A DNA stretch of 64,000 nt. Origin: Octopus sinensis (lineage: Eukaryota). Below the pieces are notes generated by a model. The model saw nothing but the letters and a program-made list of their open reading frames with translations, had not been told where the DNA came from and did not search any database. Position 1 is the first letter of the stretch. Every line of letters begins with the position of its first letter. The stretch spans positions 29,671-93,670 of the forward strand of contig NW_021833013.1 of the NCBI RefSeq assembly GCF_006345805.1, given 5' to 3'. This document shows, one piece after another, positions 37,501 through 51,944 of this stretch. The translations under genes and the position numbers were made by a program.

Positions 37501-37532
<32 letters not shown>

Positions 37533-37583
37533 TCAATTTGTTTCTCTCTTTCACTCTTTCTTTCTTTCTCTCTCTTCGTCCAG

Positions 37584-37780
37584 CTCAGAGCCTGTCGTCA
37601 TCAACCAATTCCAGTGCCGGACCCTCGTCGCCAACTTCCTGTTCCACACCCGTCGACCTCTGGCAGAGACTCACCATGTTCATCAGTGACAACCAGAACC
37701 TCAACATTCCGGCTACCACTGACGCTGTCTCTCTCAGTGGCAGCGGCGACCCGTCCGAATTTAGTAAAGATCCATCTTGA
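37584..37780 (+). CDS. Terminal coding exon, same gene
   Basis: Long pyrimidine tract + ccAG|; phase-1 frame AQSLSSSTNSSAGPSSPTSCSTPVDLWQRLTMFISDNQNLNIPATTDAVSLSGSGDPSEFSKDPS, TGA at 37778-37780. Confidence 0.8.
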
Positions 37781-38954
37781 AGTCAAAAGAAGGAAGAAAG
37801 AAAGAAAGAAGCAACAACACTGGAGACCTCAACGTGCATCTCTACATTTCTTCCCCTTCTTTCTTTGTTTTTTGTTTGGTATTCTGTGTTGAGAAGGGTT
37901 TAGTGTGGTGGCGGGTAAACTGGATCTCAGGTCTCTGTCTCTAAGCCCTCCCCCATTTTTGCCTCATCACCTATCACATTACTGCTGCTACTACTACTAC
38001 TACTCACCACTTACAGACACACTATGAACCGTTAAGGGTGGTATGTCCTGTGCAGTGTGTTTGGACTGAACTGTATTAGATTCAGAATTGTTTTGTGCAT
38101 ATCACAGATTCTTTGACCGACATTCCCTGCTTCCACCACCGCTGCCTCCTCCGCCACCATCCCCCTTGCCCCCCCCCCCCCCGGCCCCCTTAGTGCTTCC
38201 TCGCCATCTGCACCCTCGTCCCCCCACCCCTTCTGTTTAACCTGCCCATACTGACAATCATGGCCCACCACAGATTCTTCGTTGACGGACACTGCGCCAG
38301 TTTGTTCAACCAATTTTAAGATTTGGCAAAAAGATACACTTACACAAACCTACGGTGACAACACACACGTGTGTGTACACACACACACACACACACACAC
38401 ACATGCATATAAACACATACACACTTGTGATTATGGAATTCTTTACACTGTGATATATATGTGCCTCTGTGTTTACATGTGTGTATATATATATATGTAT
38501 GTATATATCTGCCTATATACATATATGTATGTGTGTACATGTAGATAATTGTTATTTGTAATTATAACGAGAATTGTATATCAATACAGAATCTTATTTT
38601 TCCTTTGTTGTTGTTGTTGTTCTTTGTTGAATATTCTTTTATTTGTGTTTATCAAACGCTTCACCCGAGCCATCAGCATCGAGAGAGGTTTGGCTCCTGT
38701 TCCTGATGGCTTAACTCTGTATGTAGAACAAAATTAGATGTCAGCCTCTGGTTTCATATCCGTATGGAAAATGAGCACTTCTTGGATCGGCTAAACCTCC
38801 TTCAAACACTACTATTCTGTGTGTGTGTGTGAGAGAGAGAGAGAGGTCCTGTGACATCCTAACAGATACCTATATCTATCTGGTTTATCTATCTGGATGT
38901 TAAACGTTATTAAAAGACATAATGATAATCATCCCTTTAAAAAAAGAGAGAGAA

Positions 38955-39500
38955 ATATTAACAACAACAATAATAATGATAATGATAATAATAATAATAA
39001 TGATGATGATGATGATGATGATAATAATGATGATAATAATAATAATGATAATAATAATAATGATGATGATAATAATAAAAATAATAATAATGATGATGAT
39101 GATAATAATAATGATAATGATAAAAATAATAATGATAATAATAATGATGATGATGATGATAATAATAATGATAATAATGATGATGATAATAATAATAATG
39201 ATAATGATGATGATGATGATAATAATGATGATAATAATAATAATAATAATGATAATAATAAAAATGATAATAATGATGATGATGATAATAATGATGATAA
39301 TGATGATAATAATAATGATGATGATAATAATGATGATAATAATAACAATGATAATAATAATAATGATGATAATAATAACGATAATAATAAAAATGATAAT
39401 AATAATAATGATAATAATAATAATGATAATGATAATAATAAAAATGATAAAAATAATAATGATAAAAATAATGATAATAATAATAATGATAATAATAATA
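38955..39500. repeat. (AAT)/(GAT) compound microsatellite
   Basis: Direct inspection; ~1.2 kb downstream of the host-gene stop. Confidence 0.95.
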
Positions 39501-40545
39501 ATTTTTCTACTTTAGCTACAAGGCCTGAAAGTTAGAGGGAGGGGCAAATTGATTAGATTGACTCCAGTACACAACTGGTCTCTTCTTGTCAGGTATCCCA
39601 GATGAACCAACTTCACGGCAGGAGGTGCAGATGAGGGCAGCTGCATCGAACTCTCTCATGCACCAAAGGCAATTGCTAAAAAGCATTCGTGAAGTAAAAC
39701 CATGTAGCAACACCAAATGGCGGTGCCCCAGCATGGCCACAGCCCGTGAGCGGAAACTAGAATCAATCAATCAATCAATCAAACTGGTATTTAATTTATC
39801 AACGTTGAAAGGATGAAAAGTAAAATTGACTCCAACGGCATTTGAACTCAGAGCCTGAAGACAGTCGGTGTGCTGCAAAACATATCAGCTGGCATGCTAG
39901 TGATTCTGCCAGCTCACCACCCTAATGATAAGAGTAGTAATAATAATCCTCAAACAAACCTTATTGAGGGACCTTTTCACTGAGATGGGCTGTTCGACCC
40001 AGAGAATATTCTAAGTGGACCTCACCGGCAAGGTCCTGTGCTGTTTACCTTGAAATAAGATTACCATGTCGTGCATTTGTGGTTGTGATGCATGTGCCTG
40101 GTGTACCCTTATCAGACGGGTTGTCATGATGGGTATACTGGGTTTCGTATATTTGTCTCCCAGTGTCACTTTGATGGCATGCTCTGCTCCCTCACTCAAT
40201 AATAATGGTTTCAGATTTTGCCACAAGGGCAGCCATTTTAGGGGAGGTGATGGGTCGGTTACATCCACCCCAGTGAGTTGCAAGCTTTAAATAATGGCTT
40301 TCAAACTGGAAAAAAAAGTATGTTTAAATTTTTTTTTCTTTTCTTTCTTTTTCTTCTCTGATAATATTTATATGCGATCAAATGTTTGGAGGTCTGGTGT
40401 TATGCATAAAGTCGTTGACTCAAATTTGATGTCTGTTCTCTGATCAATGTTTCTTATCTCTGTCTTAATTACATTTGAGAACTTCTTTTTGGCAGTCTTG
40501 TAAACCCTTTTGTTCCATAAAAAGAGGCAAAAATTATTTCTTACC

Positions 40546-40584
<39 letters not shown>

Positions 40585-41635
40585 GGGGTAGAGACCCCCT
40601 TCGGTCATGAATGACCATGGATTGCACCTAGAAAGTTACCCTCCTAGACACAAGTCCGGGCAAGGTTGTTTATGGAAGACCAGCAGTCGCCCATGCATAC
40701 CAGCCTATATATATATACACATATATATATATATATATGTATATGTATATATGTATATATCATCATCATCATCATCATCATCATTTAACGTCCGCTTTCC
40801 ATGCTAGCATGGGTTGGACGGTTCAACTGGGGTCTGGGGAGCCCGAAAGCTGCACCAGTCCAGTCAGATCTGGCAGTGTTTCTACAGCTGGATGCCCTTC
40901 CTAACGCCAACCACTCCGAGAGTGTAGTGGGTGATTTTATGTGCCACCGACACAGGTGCCAGACGAGGCTGGCAAACGGCCACGCTCGGATGGTGTTTTT
41001 ATGTGCCACCGACACAGGTGCCAGACGAGGCTGGCAGACGGCCACGCTCGATGGTGTTTTTTATGTGCCACCGACACAGGTGCCAGATGAGGCTGGCAAA
41101 CGGCCACGATCGGATGGTGTTTCTTACGTGCCCACAGCATGGAGGCCAGTCGATGCGGTACTGGCTACGGCCACGTTCGGATGGTTTTCTTGTGTGCCAC
41201 GTGCCACCGGCACTGGTACCACAAAGATATAAATTCCATTGATGTTCATCTATTTTGATTTGTTTTGATTTTCACTTGCCTCAACAGGTCTTCACAAGTG
41301 TCACAAGAAGGAAGGTATGCACAGGTGGACTGACTACGTCCCAGGTAGGGGCCACAGGTTATGGCCTGACTAGTCTTGCCGGGTCTTCGGATGGTGTTTT
41401 TATGTGCCACCGACACAGGTGCCAGATGAGATTGGCGAACGGCCACGATCGGATGGTGTTTGTTACGTGCCCACAGCACGGAGGCCAGTCGGTGCGGTAC
41501 TGGCTACGGCCACGTTCGGATGGTTTTCTTGTGTGCCACCGGCACTGGTACCACAAGGATACAATTCCATTAATGTTCATCTATTTTGATTTGTTTTGAT
41601 TTGATTTGATTTGATTTTTTTTGATTTCATTTGAT

Positions 41636-41669
<34 letters not shown>

Positions 41670-42941
41670 ATATGTATATATATTTATGTATATATATATG
41701 TATATATATATGAATATGTATATATATATATGTATATATATATGAATATGTATATATATATATGTATATATATATGAATATGTATATATATATATATGTA
41801 TATATATATGAATATGTATATATATATATGTATATATATATGAATATGTATATATATATATGTATATATATGTGTATATGTATGTGTATATATATGTCCC
41901 GTCATATTCCCGTGTCAGGCCGAAGAACGAAATGTTCCCAAGATAAGAGTCTTTCTAATCTAATGTTGTTGAGCTGTTTATTATTTATTATTTTACTATT
42001 ATTATTAGTATTAGTATTGTCCCTTTGATCCTCGGTCGAAAATTTGCTTACTATTATTATTATTACTATTATTATTATTACTATTATTATTAGTATTAGT
42101 ATTATTACTATTTTCAGCTTCGCCTTGTATTGCATATTATTTCTCCATACAGGGTTTTTTCAATGGCGGCCCATTTTCGCGGGGTTCCACTATTTCCCTT
42201 CTCTCTCTCCCTCTTTTACGTTGTCTGCCATCCCCCCTCTTCCTTTGCTAAGAGCATTTTTAAGCCAGCCCGTCATATTCCCGGTGCACCCGCCCTGCCC
42301 ACCCCCACCACCAATACCGGATATCTCTATATTTTTGCTCCATCTATACCGGATGTCGCTTCTCCCACCACCATTATAGGTGTCTACTCTTCGAACCCCC
42401 CTCTTCAATACGCTATTTCACCATGCATTAACCCTCTCTTGATATCCTACGTTCTACTTGCCTAGAACCTGTCATCATTTCTCTGAACCACCCCTCCCCA
42501 CTGGTGCTCCCCTATATTTCTCCCCCCCACATAAAAAGCACCATCCGAACGTGGCCGATGCCAGACCCCTCTGGCACCTGTGCAGGTGGCACGTAAAAAC
42601 ACCCACTACACTCGCGGAGTGGTTGGCGTTAGGAAGGGCATCCAGCTGTAGAAACACTGCCAGACTAGACTGGAGCCTGGGGCAGTCCCTAGCTCCCCAG
42701 ACCCCAGTCGAAACCGTCCAACCCGTGCTAGCGCGGAAAACGGACGTTAAACGATGATGATGATGATGATGATGATGATATATGTATATATATACACTTA
42801 TATATACATACACATACATATATATACATATATATATACACACATATATATATACATATCATCATCATCATCATCATCGCTAAACGATGATGATGATGAT
42901 ATGTATATATATGTGTGTGTATATATATATATGTATATATA

Positions 42942-42977
<36 letters not shown>

Positions 42978-43220
42978 TAAGTGTATATATATATATGTGT
43001 ACATATATATATATAATATGTATATATTTATGTATTTATATATATGTATATGTATATATATATGTATTTATATATATGTATATATATATATATATATATA
43101 TAAAACTGGAGCCTGGTGCAGCCTTCTGGCTTCCCAGATCCCCGGTCGAACCGTCCAACCCATGCTAGCATGGAGAACAGACATTAAACGATGATGATGA
43201 TATGTATATATATGTATATG

Positions 43221-43252
<32 letters not shown>

Positions 43253-43254
43253 TG

Positions 43255-45011
43255 CACAGGAAAGAAATAAGATGAAAAAAACTTAGAAGGTTTGTTTTAC
43301 AAGACTAAAGAATATATTAGAATCATCATAGCAATGCTATTATAAAATATTATACAAAATAAGGTATGTTTTCTTCCAACATAATAATAACCGGTTTTGC
43401 TAACACTTTACAAAGTTTGAGTGTTGGATGCAATTTGGGGTTAGAGATTTTGTTTGCTAGGGGGGATAATTGGTAACTAAGGTGTTTTTCAGTAAAGGGG
43501 AAGTAAATCTGTAGTTTTTAATATTGATTTGTATTTGGATCTGGCGTCTATCTTTCCATAAATAGAGTAAATCTCTACTTTTCAATATGGGTTTATATTT
43601 AATTCTGGCTTATATTTTTCGATAAATGAGGCCTCTTTATTCATTCACACTTATGTTGAGATCCAAACAGCAAACTGATATAATGGGAAGATTAGGAATT
43701 ATGGTTGAAGTTGTTCTGTCAATATGTTCATTGAAATATATCTGGCGATATTGTGGAGAAGATATCTGTTGTCTGTGGACTGTACATCTCTGTCCGATAG
43801 ACATTCCTGTTGACCCTATATAGTTTTTATGGCAGCCAGAACATTTAATTACATAAATGAGGTTTTCAGAAGCACAAGTGCAATTGAATTTAATTTTGAA
43901 TTGTTGCCCTTGTCTAAAATGGAATTCAAAATCTTCCAAAAGATTGGGACATGTTCCACATTTAGGGCGACCAAATTTTTTTTTTACTCTTGCATCTGTT
44001 TTTCTTTTTGCTAGGATCTTCTTTAATAATTGCCTTTACTACTGTTTACTGCTTTTTAATGATTTTATGTGTACAAAGAATTTCCTTCAGTTTGGAATCC
44101 TTATGGAGTATTGGGAGATTTTTGACAATGATGTGAAATGCTTCTTTATGTCGGGGGTTGAATGTGGAGACATGAAATAGTGTTTTCAGAGTAGGTGTGT
44201 CCTTGTTTGCAAAGTTTCTTAATGTTTAACCCTTTCGTTACCAACCCGGCTGAAACTGGCTCTGGCTCTTTAGTATAAATGTCTTGTTTTCATAAGTTTT
44301 GAATTCAAATCTTCCACCAAACCTTAGTCACAATTTATGTTCCTAACACTAGCTTAATGATAACTAAGTTATTTTACTAAATTCTTTCTTATATTTAAAA
44401 TAATTGGAAGAAACACAGAGCATCTAAAAAAAAAATACAGTAACGAAAGGGTTAATCCCTTTATTTACGAGTTGAATTGGGTAATGTCTGTCCTGGAGCA
44501 CGTTTTTAAGCTCTTGCAATCTTAGATCTCTGGTATTTTTTTCAGACACTATGCTTCAAATCCTTCTTGCAAGGTTGAAGGGGATATTTGTTTTGATATG
44601 TCTCAGGTGTCATGACCGAAATAACAGGTATTGCTTAGTGTCTGTGGTTTTGTGAAAAATGTTCGTTTCTGTTTTTTCTTTTAACCAGTATGTCTACAAA
44701 TGGGATTTCTTGGTTGTATTCCACTGGAAATTGTTTGTTCGTGTTAATGCTATTAAGGAGACATTTGAACTCCAGGAGTTTATCTATGTTTTCATTCCAG
44801 AGGATGAAGTCATCCAAAAATCTTTTCAACAAAGATTTCACAATTGAATGAATAAAATTCATCCTTCAAAACAACTATTTCATGTTTGACGCCATTGTTT
44901 ATCGCCAAAAGTCTGGAACAGCCATGGGGACCAGGACAGCCCCGACAATTGCCAATCTAACAATGGGCTATTTAGAATTAACAATATATCAGGATTCATT
45001 TTCAAAATTTG
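43255..45011 (-). mobile_element. Penelope-like retroelement, 5'-truncated, with inverted 5' segment; RT and GIY-YIG remnants
   Basis: - strand: KRFLDD (44.8 kb), TDSKQYLLF..IPFNLARRI thumb, NLIYVIKCSGCHKNYIGSTG..RCTVHR GIY-YIG/CCHH, EASFIEKYKPELN ending at TGA ~43582. + strand 44861-45011: QKSGTAMGTRTAPTIANLTMGYLE. Flanked by (TA)n. Confidence 0.9.
44230..44451. mobile_element. piggyBac-like MITE inserted in the Penelope-like element
   Basis: Perfect 12-bp TIR CCCTTTCGTTAC/GTAACGAAAGGG; TTAA on both sides. Confidence 0.85.
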
Positions 45012-46231
45012 TATATATATGTAAATTGGTAAAGATTCTATTTATATAAAGAGTATATGTATGTATGTATGTATGATGTAAGTATGTATGTATGTATGTA
45101 TGTATGTAAGTATGCATGCATGCATGTATGTGTTTATGTATGTATTTGTGTATCTGTCTTTGTCCACCCACCATCGCTTGATGACCGATGTTGGTGTGTT
45201 TACGTTCCCGTAACTTTTGTGGTTTGGTAAAAGGGACCAATAGAATAACTACTAGGGTTACAAAAAATAAGCTCTGGAGTCAATTTGTTCCACTAAAAAG
45301 CAGTGCTCCAGCATGGCCACAGTCAAATGACTGAAACAAGTAAAAGAATTCCTTTTGTCTCACACTTTGAATTGCATTTGTAAGAGGCTGCCCTGAAGGC
45401 AAGCAGTAACAGCCAAGTGTCTCGAAATTTGCATTGTCCTTCATATAACATTGAAGGACAGTTTATGAAACACCTATAAAATATATTTTCCACAGGTGGT
45501 TCCACGTGATGCTAGAAATAACATCCTGGTACCATCAGTCTAGTAGGAATCAGTAAATGTATAATCCTACTGGTGGTTTTATATCATGCTAGAGACAACA
45601 GCCAGATTGAAGGACACGCCACGAAGCATTAATAAGAATGCTTGAAACAGAAACCAAATGACTTCATATTCACTTTCTTCTAATAAAAACTGAAGTATTT
45701 TAAATGGAAATTGACCTCTAGGGTTTGTCCCTACATGCTAGAAAGAGAAGCTAATGATCTTGAAATTTGTACTGCTTTTCATATAAACACTGAAGGATGC
45801 ATTACGAAGCATCTCTCTCTCTCTTTTACTCTTTTACTTGTTTCAGTCATTTGACTGCGGCCATGCTGGAGCACCACCTTTAGTCGAGCAAATCGACCCC
45901 GGGACTTAATCTTTGTAAGCCCAGTACTTGTTCTATCGGTCTCTTTTTGCCGAACCGCTAAGTGACGGGGACGTAAACTCACCAGCATCGGTTGTCAAGC
46001 AATGCTAGGGGGACAAACACAGACACACACACACAGACACACATATATATATATATATATACGACAGGCTTCTTTCAGTTTCCGTCTACCAGATCCACTC
46101 ACAAGGCATTGGTCGGTCTGGGGCTATAGCAGAAGACACTTGCCTAAGGTACCACGCAGTGGGACTGAACCCGGAACCGTGTGGTTGGTTAGCAAGCTAC
46201 TTACCACACAGCCACTCCTAGAAGAATATTT

Positions 46232-46810
46232 TTGTAGGGGTGACCAGGAACCCTGCTGGTTTTCTTCAACGTTTCCTAACCCAGGATGGGTGATGGGTTC
46301 ATCACTTTGAGCCAGGAACAAAGGGACAGTCCATGCATTGGAAACCCAGCCTCACCTGCTCCAAAGAAGGACAAGGTCGTTTCACCAACATGAAAGGCGA
46401 TGGCCTCACTGTTTTGTGATATATATTGACCATCTCAAAAAGGGCCAAAACCACCAACGGAGAGTGCTTTGCCACCTCCCTAAAGCAGTTGTGGAATGCT
46501 CTCAAGACCAAATGCCAAGGAAAACTGAAGAATGGGGAATTGTTTCATCAAGACAATGCTCCAGCACACAAGTCCTTCGTTTCTATGGTTGCCGTGCGTG
46601 ACTGTGGCTTTGAACAGGTTAATCGCCCTCCCTATTCTCCTGATTTGGCCCCATCTGATCCCCAACATGAAATAACATTTGGCTGGGAACCAGTATCGCA
46701 GTGATGATGATGTCATATCTTCTGTTGATGCCTTTTTTTTTTGTTGTTGCTCAACAGGATGAGCGCTTCTTCAGCAAACGGAGCCAAGCACTGCAACACC
46801 AAAGGGATGA
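46232..46810 (+). pseudogene. Mariner (DD34D) transposase relic
   Basis: FLQRFLTQDG*WVHHFEP, FHQDNAPAH, PPYSPDLAPSD; contains stops and frameshifts. Confidence 0.9.
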
Positions 46811-48857
46811 GAGAAGGTAAGAGGGAGAAAGAAAAGAGAAGAAAAAAAGGGATAAAGAAAGGAAAAAGGGAGACAGAGAGAAAAATGATCTTTGTTCTTG
46901 TTTTGTTTAGAAAATTAATTAATTTTGTAGTTCATAATTCATATAATTAAATACTGTGGGTATTGAACAAGAATTTAAGAAAGATTTACGGAAAGAAATT
47001 TGCTACATGTGATTTTGCATCACGCTAGGAATAGCAGTCAACTACCCTGAAATTTGCGTTGATTTTTATACAAATTGGAAGGACACCTTAAGAATTTGTG
47101 CCATATATGGTCATTCTTCATGCTAGACTACATTAAGCAAGAGCCTTCAAATTGGTTTCGATTTCTCGTATGCAAATAGGACACTTAACCATTTCTAAAA
47201 TATAATGAACAATATATGGTCCCACATATTGCGAGAAATAGCAACCACATGGCCTTAAATCTGTGATGTGATGTGTATAAAAATTGAAGGACACTTGAGG
47301 ACGAAGCATCTGTAAGAATATTGTACTACAGGTGGGGTCTCACATAATGGTAGACATAACAAACAAGAACCTTTCAATTTCCGTGTAGTGTTTATGTGTA
47401 TAAATATGAAGGACACTTTTAGAATTAATTATAAAATATTATCCTATAAGTAGACTCACATCATGCTAGAAACAACAACTAAATACCCACAGAATTGCAT
47501 TGTTTCTCATATAAAACAAACTGCCTTTCCGTCTCTTAACAAACATGTTATTCCGGGGCTTCTTTTGTTTATTCCTATCCTAAATGTTGAGGGCCGGGAA
47601 ACAAGGATGCGTGTACCCTCCATCGGTTCCTACCTACCTGTGCTAGAAACAGTAGCCAAGTGCCTTGAAGTCTAGTAAAAAGGCTGAGAAAAAAATAATC
47701 CTTAACTGGTCAGGCGGATTTGGCGAACACTTACATTAGCTCCATCATATATTACTGCCTGACCGTTGTGCCTCGCCTCATTTCAAGTCTAACCGGCCTG
47801 GAGCGCTTGCCATTCCGCTCTCTGTGCGACGGATGCATTCCACTGGCCAAGCGCTGCATTTGCTGTCAACACCTGCTCAACGAACAACTGGACATGCTGT
47901 AGCTGATTACAAGCAGGTATGCACTGAGGCTGCGACCTCTCTCTATCGATTCCTTGACGGTGAACATGTGTGGTCGCTGTTTCCCCCCAGTTTCTCTCAA
48001 TCGGAGGCCGAAACAGCTGGAATATGGTCGAGCCCTGGCGATCCTCTACCAGTGGGATAATGTAGCTGTTGGAAGTTCCATATTGGATTTTGACAGAGGA
48101 TTTGTGGCGAGCAAATGGGATTTGATTCTTTGGGAAAAGGAGGACATCGTCGGCGAGTTAGCAGAATCATTAGCACGCCATGTAAACTGCATAGCAACAT
48201 GTAGTGAATCTCTACGTTCTGAGTTCAAATCCCGCCGAGGTCAACTTTGCCTTTTGCTCCTTTCTGGATCGACGAAATAGTAACCAGTCAAGTACTGGGG
48301 TCGGTGATACCAACTAGACCCCTAAACCAAAATTTCAGGCCTTGTACCTATGCTAGAAATCATTATTATTGTTCTGTTTTGCTCAATCGGATAACTGAGT
48401 AAATATATGAGGTAAAGGGGAGTCTGGATAGATTCCTTCAAAGAATACCAGATAAGCCACCCATAATTGGATACAACTCACCCAACAAAAACTCACTACT
48501 TGAATTGACCATAAGCAAAACTTGACTTAAACAGGATTCAAATAATCCTATCAGGTGGTGCTATTAAGTTAGACATGGTCTGGACCAATCATTGGTCGAA
48601 ACACATCTAAGTTTATCTAAGTTTATATATATATGTATATATATATATATATGTATTATATATATATATATGTGTATATATATATATATATATACACATC
48701 ATCATCATCATCATTTAACGTCCGCTACCCATGCTAGCATGGAAAGCGGACGTTAAATGATGATGATGATGATGATGTGTATATATATATATATGTGTAT
48801 ATATATATATATGTGTATATATATATATGTATATATATATATGTGTATATATATATG

Positions 48858-48940
<83 letters not shown>

Positions 48941-49194
48941 GTATATATGTATATATATGTATATATATATCAGGAATTCCCAACCCATCCTTGCCGACCG
49001 CTGAGGGGTCGTCAAACCTTGGTAGCAGGGTCACATAGCCTTGCTGGAAGTGGATTAGGATAATATTAATTAATGAAAATGTAAATCAAGCTGTTGATAG
49101 TCGGGGGTCGCATGGGCTTCAAGCTTTTGGGTAAGGGGTCGCAAGTGCTGAAGCATTGGGAACTACTGATATACATACATGCATACATACACAC

Positions 49195-49244
<50 letters not shown>

Positions 49245-49510
49245 CGAGCTGGCAGAAGCGTTTGTATGCCAGCCAAAATGTTTAATGGTGTTTTCATTTT
49301 ATAGGCACTGGAGTGGCTGTGTGGTAAGTAGCTTGCTTACCAACCACATAGTTCTGTGTTCTGTCCCACTGCGTGGCACCTTGGGCAAGTGTCTTCTGCT
49401 ATAGCCTCAGACCGACCAATGCCTTGTGAGTGGATTTGGTAGGCGGAAACTGAAAGAAACTCGTCATATATATGTATATATATATGTATATATATATATT
49501 ATATATATAT

Positions 49511-49613
49511 ATACATAAATTATTAGAGAGTTAACCACTATGTGGATAACTTTAGTGCTAAAAATAGCTCCGAAGCAACCACATAGTGGTTAACTCTCTA
49601 ATAATTTATGTAT
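49511..49613. repeat. Inverted repeat, 35-bp arms, 33-bp spacer
   Basis: ATACATAAATTATTAGAGAGTTAACCACTATGTGG and its reverse complement at 49579-49613. Confidence 0.9.
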
Positions 49614-49713
49614 AAATTTGTATTTTCTCCGTAGTCTTTTGTGCTAAGCCACTCGGTGTTAAATTAATGGTATTATTAAATTAATATCGATTTTTCACCC
49701 TCATTTATAAATT

Positions 49714-49754
<41 letters not shown>

Positions 49755-51360
49755 GGGTTTTCTTCATTTTTCTTCTAACAAAAGGATCACAATTTTCTGA
49801 TCAGCCAAAGGCATAATATCAATGAATGTATGTGAGTGTGTGTGTGTGTGCATGTATGCATATGTTTATGTGTATATATGTATGCGTATGTGTGTGTAGA
49901 AAAATATATATATATACACACACTTCCTTACATATATACACCCATGTATGTCTATATATACACACACATATATATGTATTTATCCATATGCATGTTTATA
50001 CATGGATACATACACACACACACACCTGTTTGTATATTCTTTACTCTTTTACTTGTTTCAATCATTTGACTGTGGCCACACTGGAGCACTGCCTATAGTC
50101 GAGCAAATCGACACCAGAACTTTTTCTTTGTAAGCCCAGTACTTATTCTATCGGTCTCTTTTGCCGAACCGCTAAGTTACGTAGACACACCAGCATCGGT
50201 TGTCAAGCGATGTTGGGGACACACACACACACACACAAATATATATACATATATACGACGGGCTTCTTTCAGTTTCCGTCTACCAAATCCACTCACAATG
50301 CTTTGGTCGGCCTGAGGCTATAGTAGAAGACACTTGCCCAAGGTGCCACGCAGTGGGACTGAACCCGGAACCATGTGGCTGGTAAACAAGTTACTTACCA
50401 CACAGCCACTCCTACACCTATGTATAATTTTATTCTATTACTTGTTTCAATCTTCTGAATGTGGCCACGCTGGAGCACTGCCTTAAAGGTTCAGAGAAAT
50501 GGACCCCAGGACATATTCTTCGTAAGCCAAGGACTTGTTCTATCGGTTTCTCTTGGTGAACTGCTAAGTGTGGGGATGTAAATACACCAACATCGGTTGT
50601 CAACCGTTTGTGGGGGCATGGGAGGGCAAACAGTGACACACACATACATGAATGTATATATATATGTATGTATATAAATGTATGTCGGTGGGTGTATATA
50701 AATGGGTGTATGAGTGTATATGTTGGGAAATCCCAAAACTCAAAATAGATACATAGATTGAATAGATTTTGTGTCTGAATGGGAAGTAAAAATTATTAAT
50801 TGTTGTTATTTACACTTGGATAAGCATTCTCATAAAACACTTTCTTAGAAAGCTTTTGTTTGGCTTAAACTGAGTCAACAAGTGGCCTTGGAAAATTTTA
50901 ATTTGAAAAGTATTACTGTGCATGTATATATATATCATCATCATCATCATCATCATCGTTTAACGTCCGTTTTCCGTGCTAGCATGGGTTGGACGGTCCG
51001 ACCGGGGATCTGGGAAGCCAGAAGGCTGCACCAGGCTCCAGTCTTATCTGGCAATGTTTCTACAGCTGGATGCCCTTCATAACGCCAACCACTCCGTGAG
51101 TGTAGTGGGTGCTTTTTACGTGCCACCTGCACAGGTGCCAGACAGGGCTGGCAGACATCCACAATCGGATTGGTGTATTTTATGTGCCACCGGCACGGAA
51201 GCCAGTCGAGGCGGTGCTGGCATTGGCCACGAGTCGGATAGTGCTTTTTACGTACCACCAGACCAGGGATCCTGGCTGGTTCAATTCGATTTCGATTTCG
51301 CTTGCCCCAACATGTCTTCGCAAGCAAGGGGGTTGATATATATATATATGTGTGTGTGTG

Positions 51361-51407
<47 letters not shown>

Positions 51408-51944
51408 ATATGGGTATATGCATCTATATATTTAATGTAACTGTGTGTGTGTATGTATTTATGTGTATATATATATGTTTAATTATATATGTATATATAA
51501 GGGTGTATACTTGTGTATATTTATACCCATGTACATGTGTGTTTGTGTATGTGTGTCTGTGCAAGTGTGTGGATGCACATTTTTAGTGTGTTGCACTCAT
51601 GATACTAAGATTAAGGTTTCAGTTCCTGGATTGGGTGATAGATTGTTTTCTTGAGCAACACTCTTCATTCCACTTCCCCCAATTTATTCCGCTAGTAAAA
51701 ACAAGGAATCCAACGATGGCCCACCTTCCTCTTCATTGGGGGAAATATATATATGACAGAATAAGGGAAACCGGCCTTATTAGTCGATAATTTGTGCTGT
51801 GTGAGTCAATGACTCAGGAAAGTTTTGATACGGTTTCATAATACACACACGCACAGATATATTATTTTTTTACACGTTTCTTTACACATGTGGCTGTGGT
51901 CATGCTGGAGCACCACCATGGTCTTGCAGCTTTTCTCAGTCGTT

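Noticed and set aside
38897-39535. Asn/Asp-rich 212-aa ORF
   Set aside because: Pure AAT/GAT microsatellite downstream of the host stop, with no splice signals.
41920-41965. Minimal hammerhead CCGAAGA-AC-GAAA
   Set aside because: U4 is changed, and no stem III/NUH or stem I partner can be formed.
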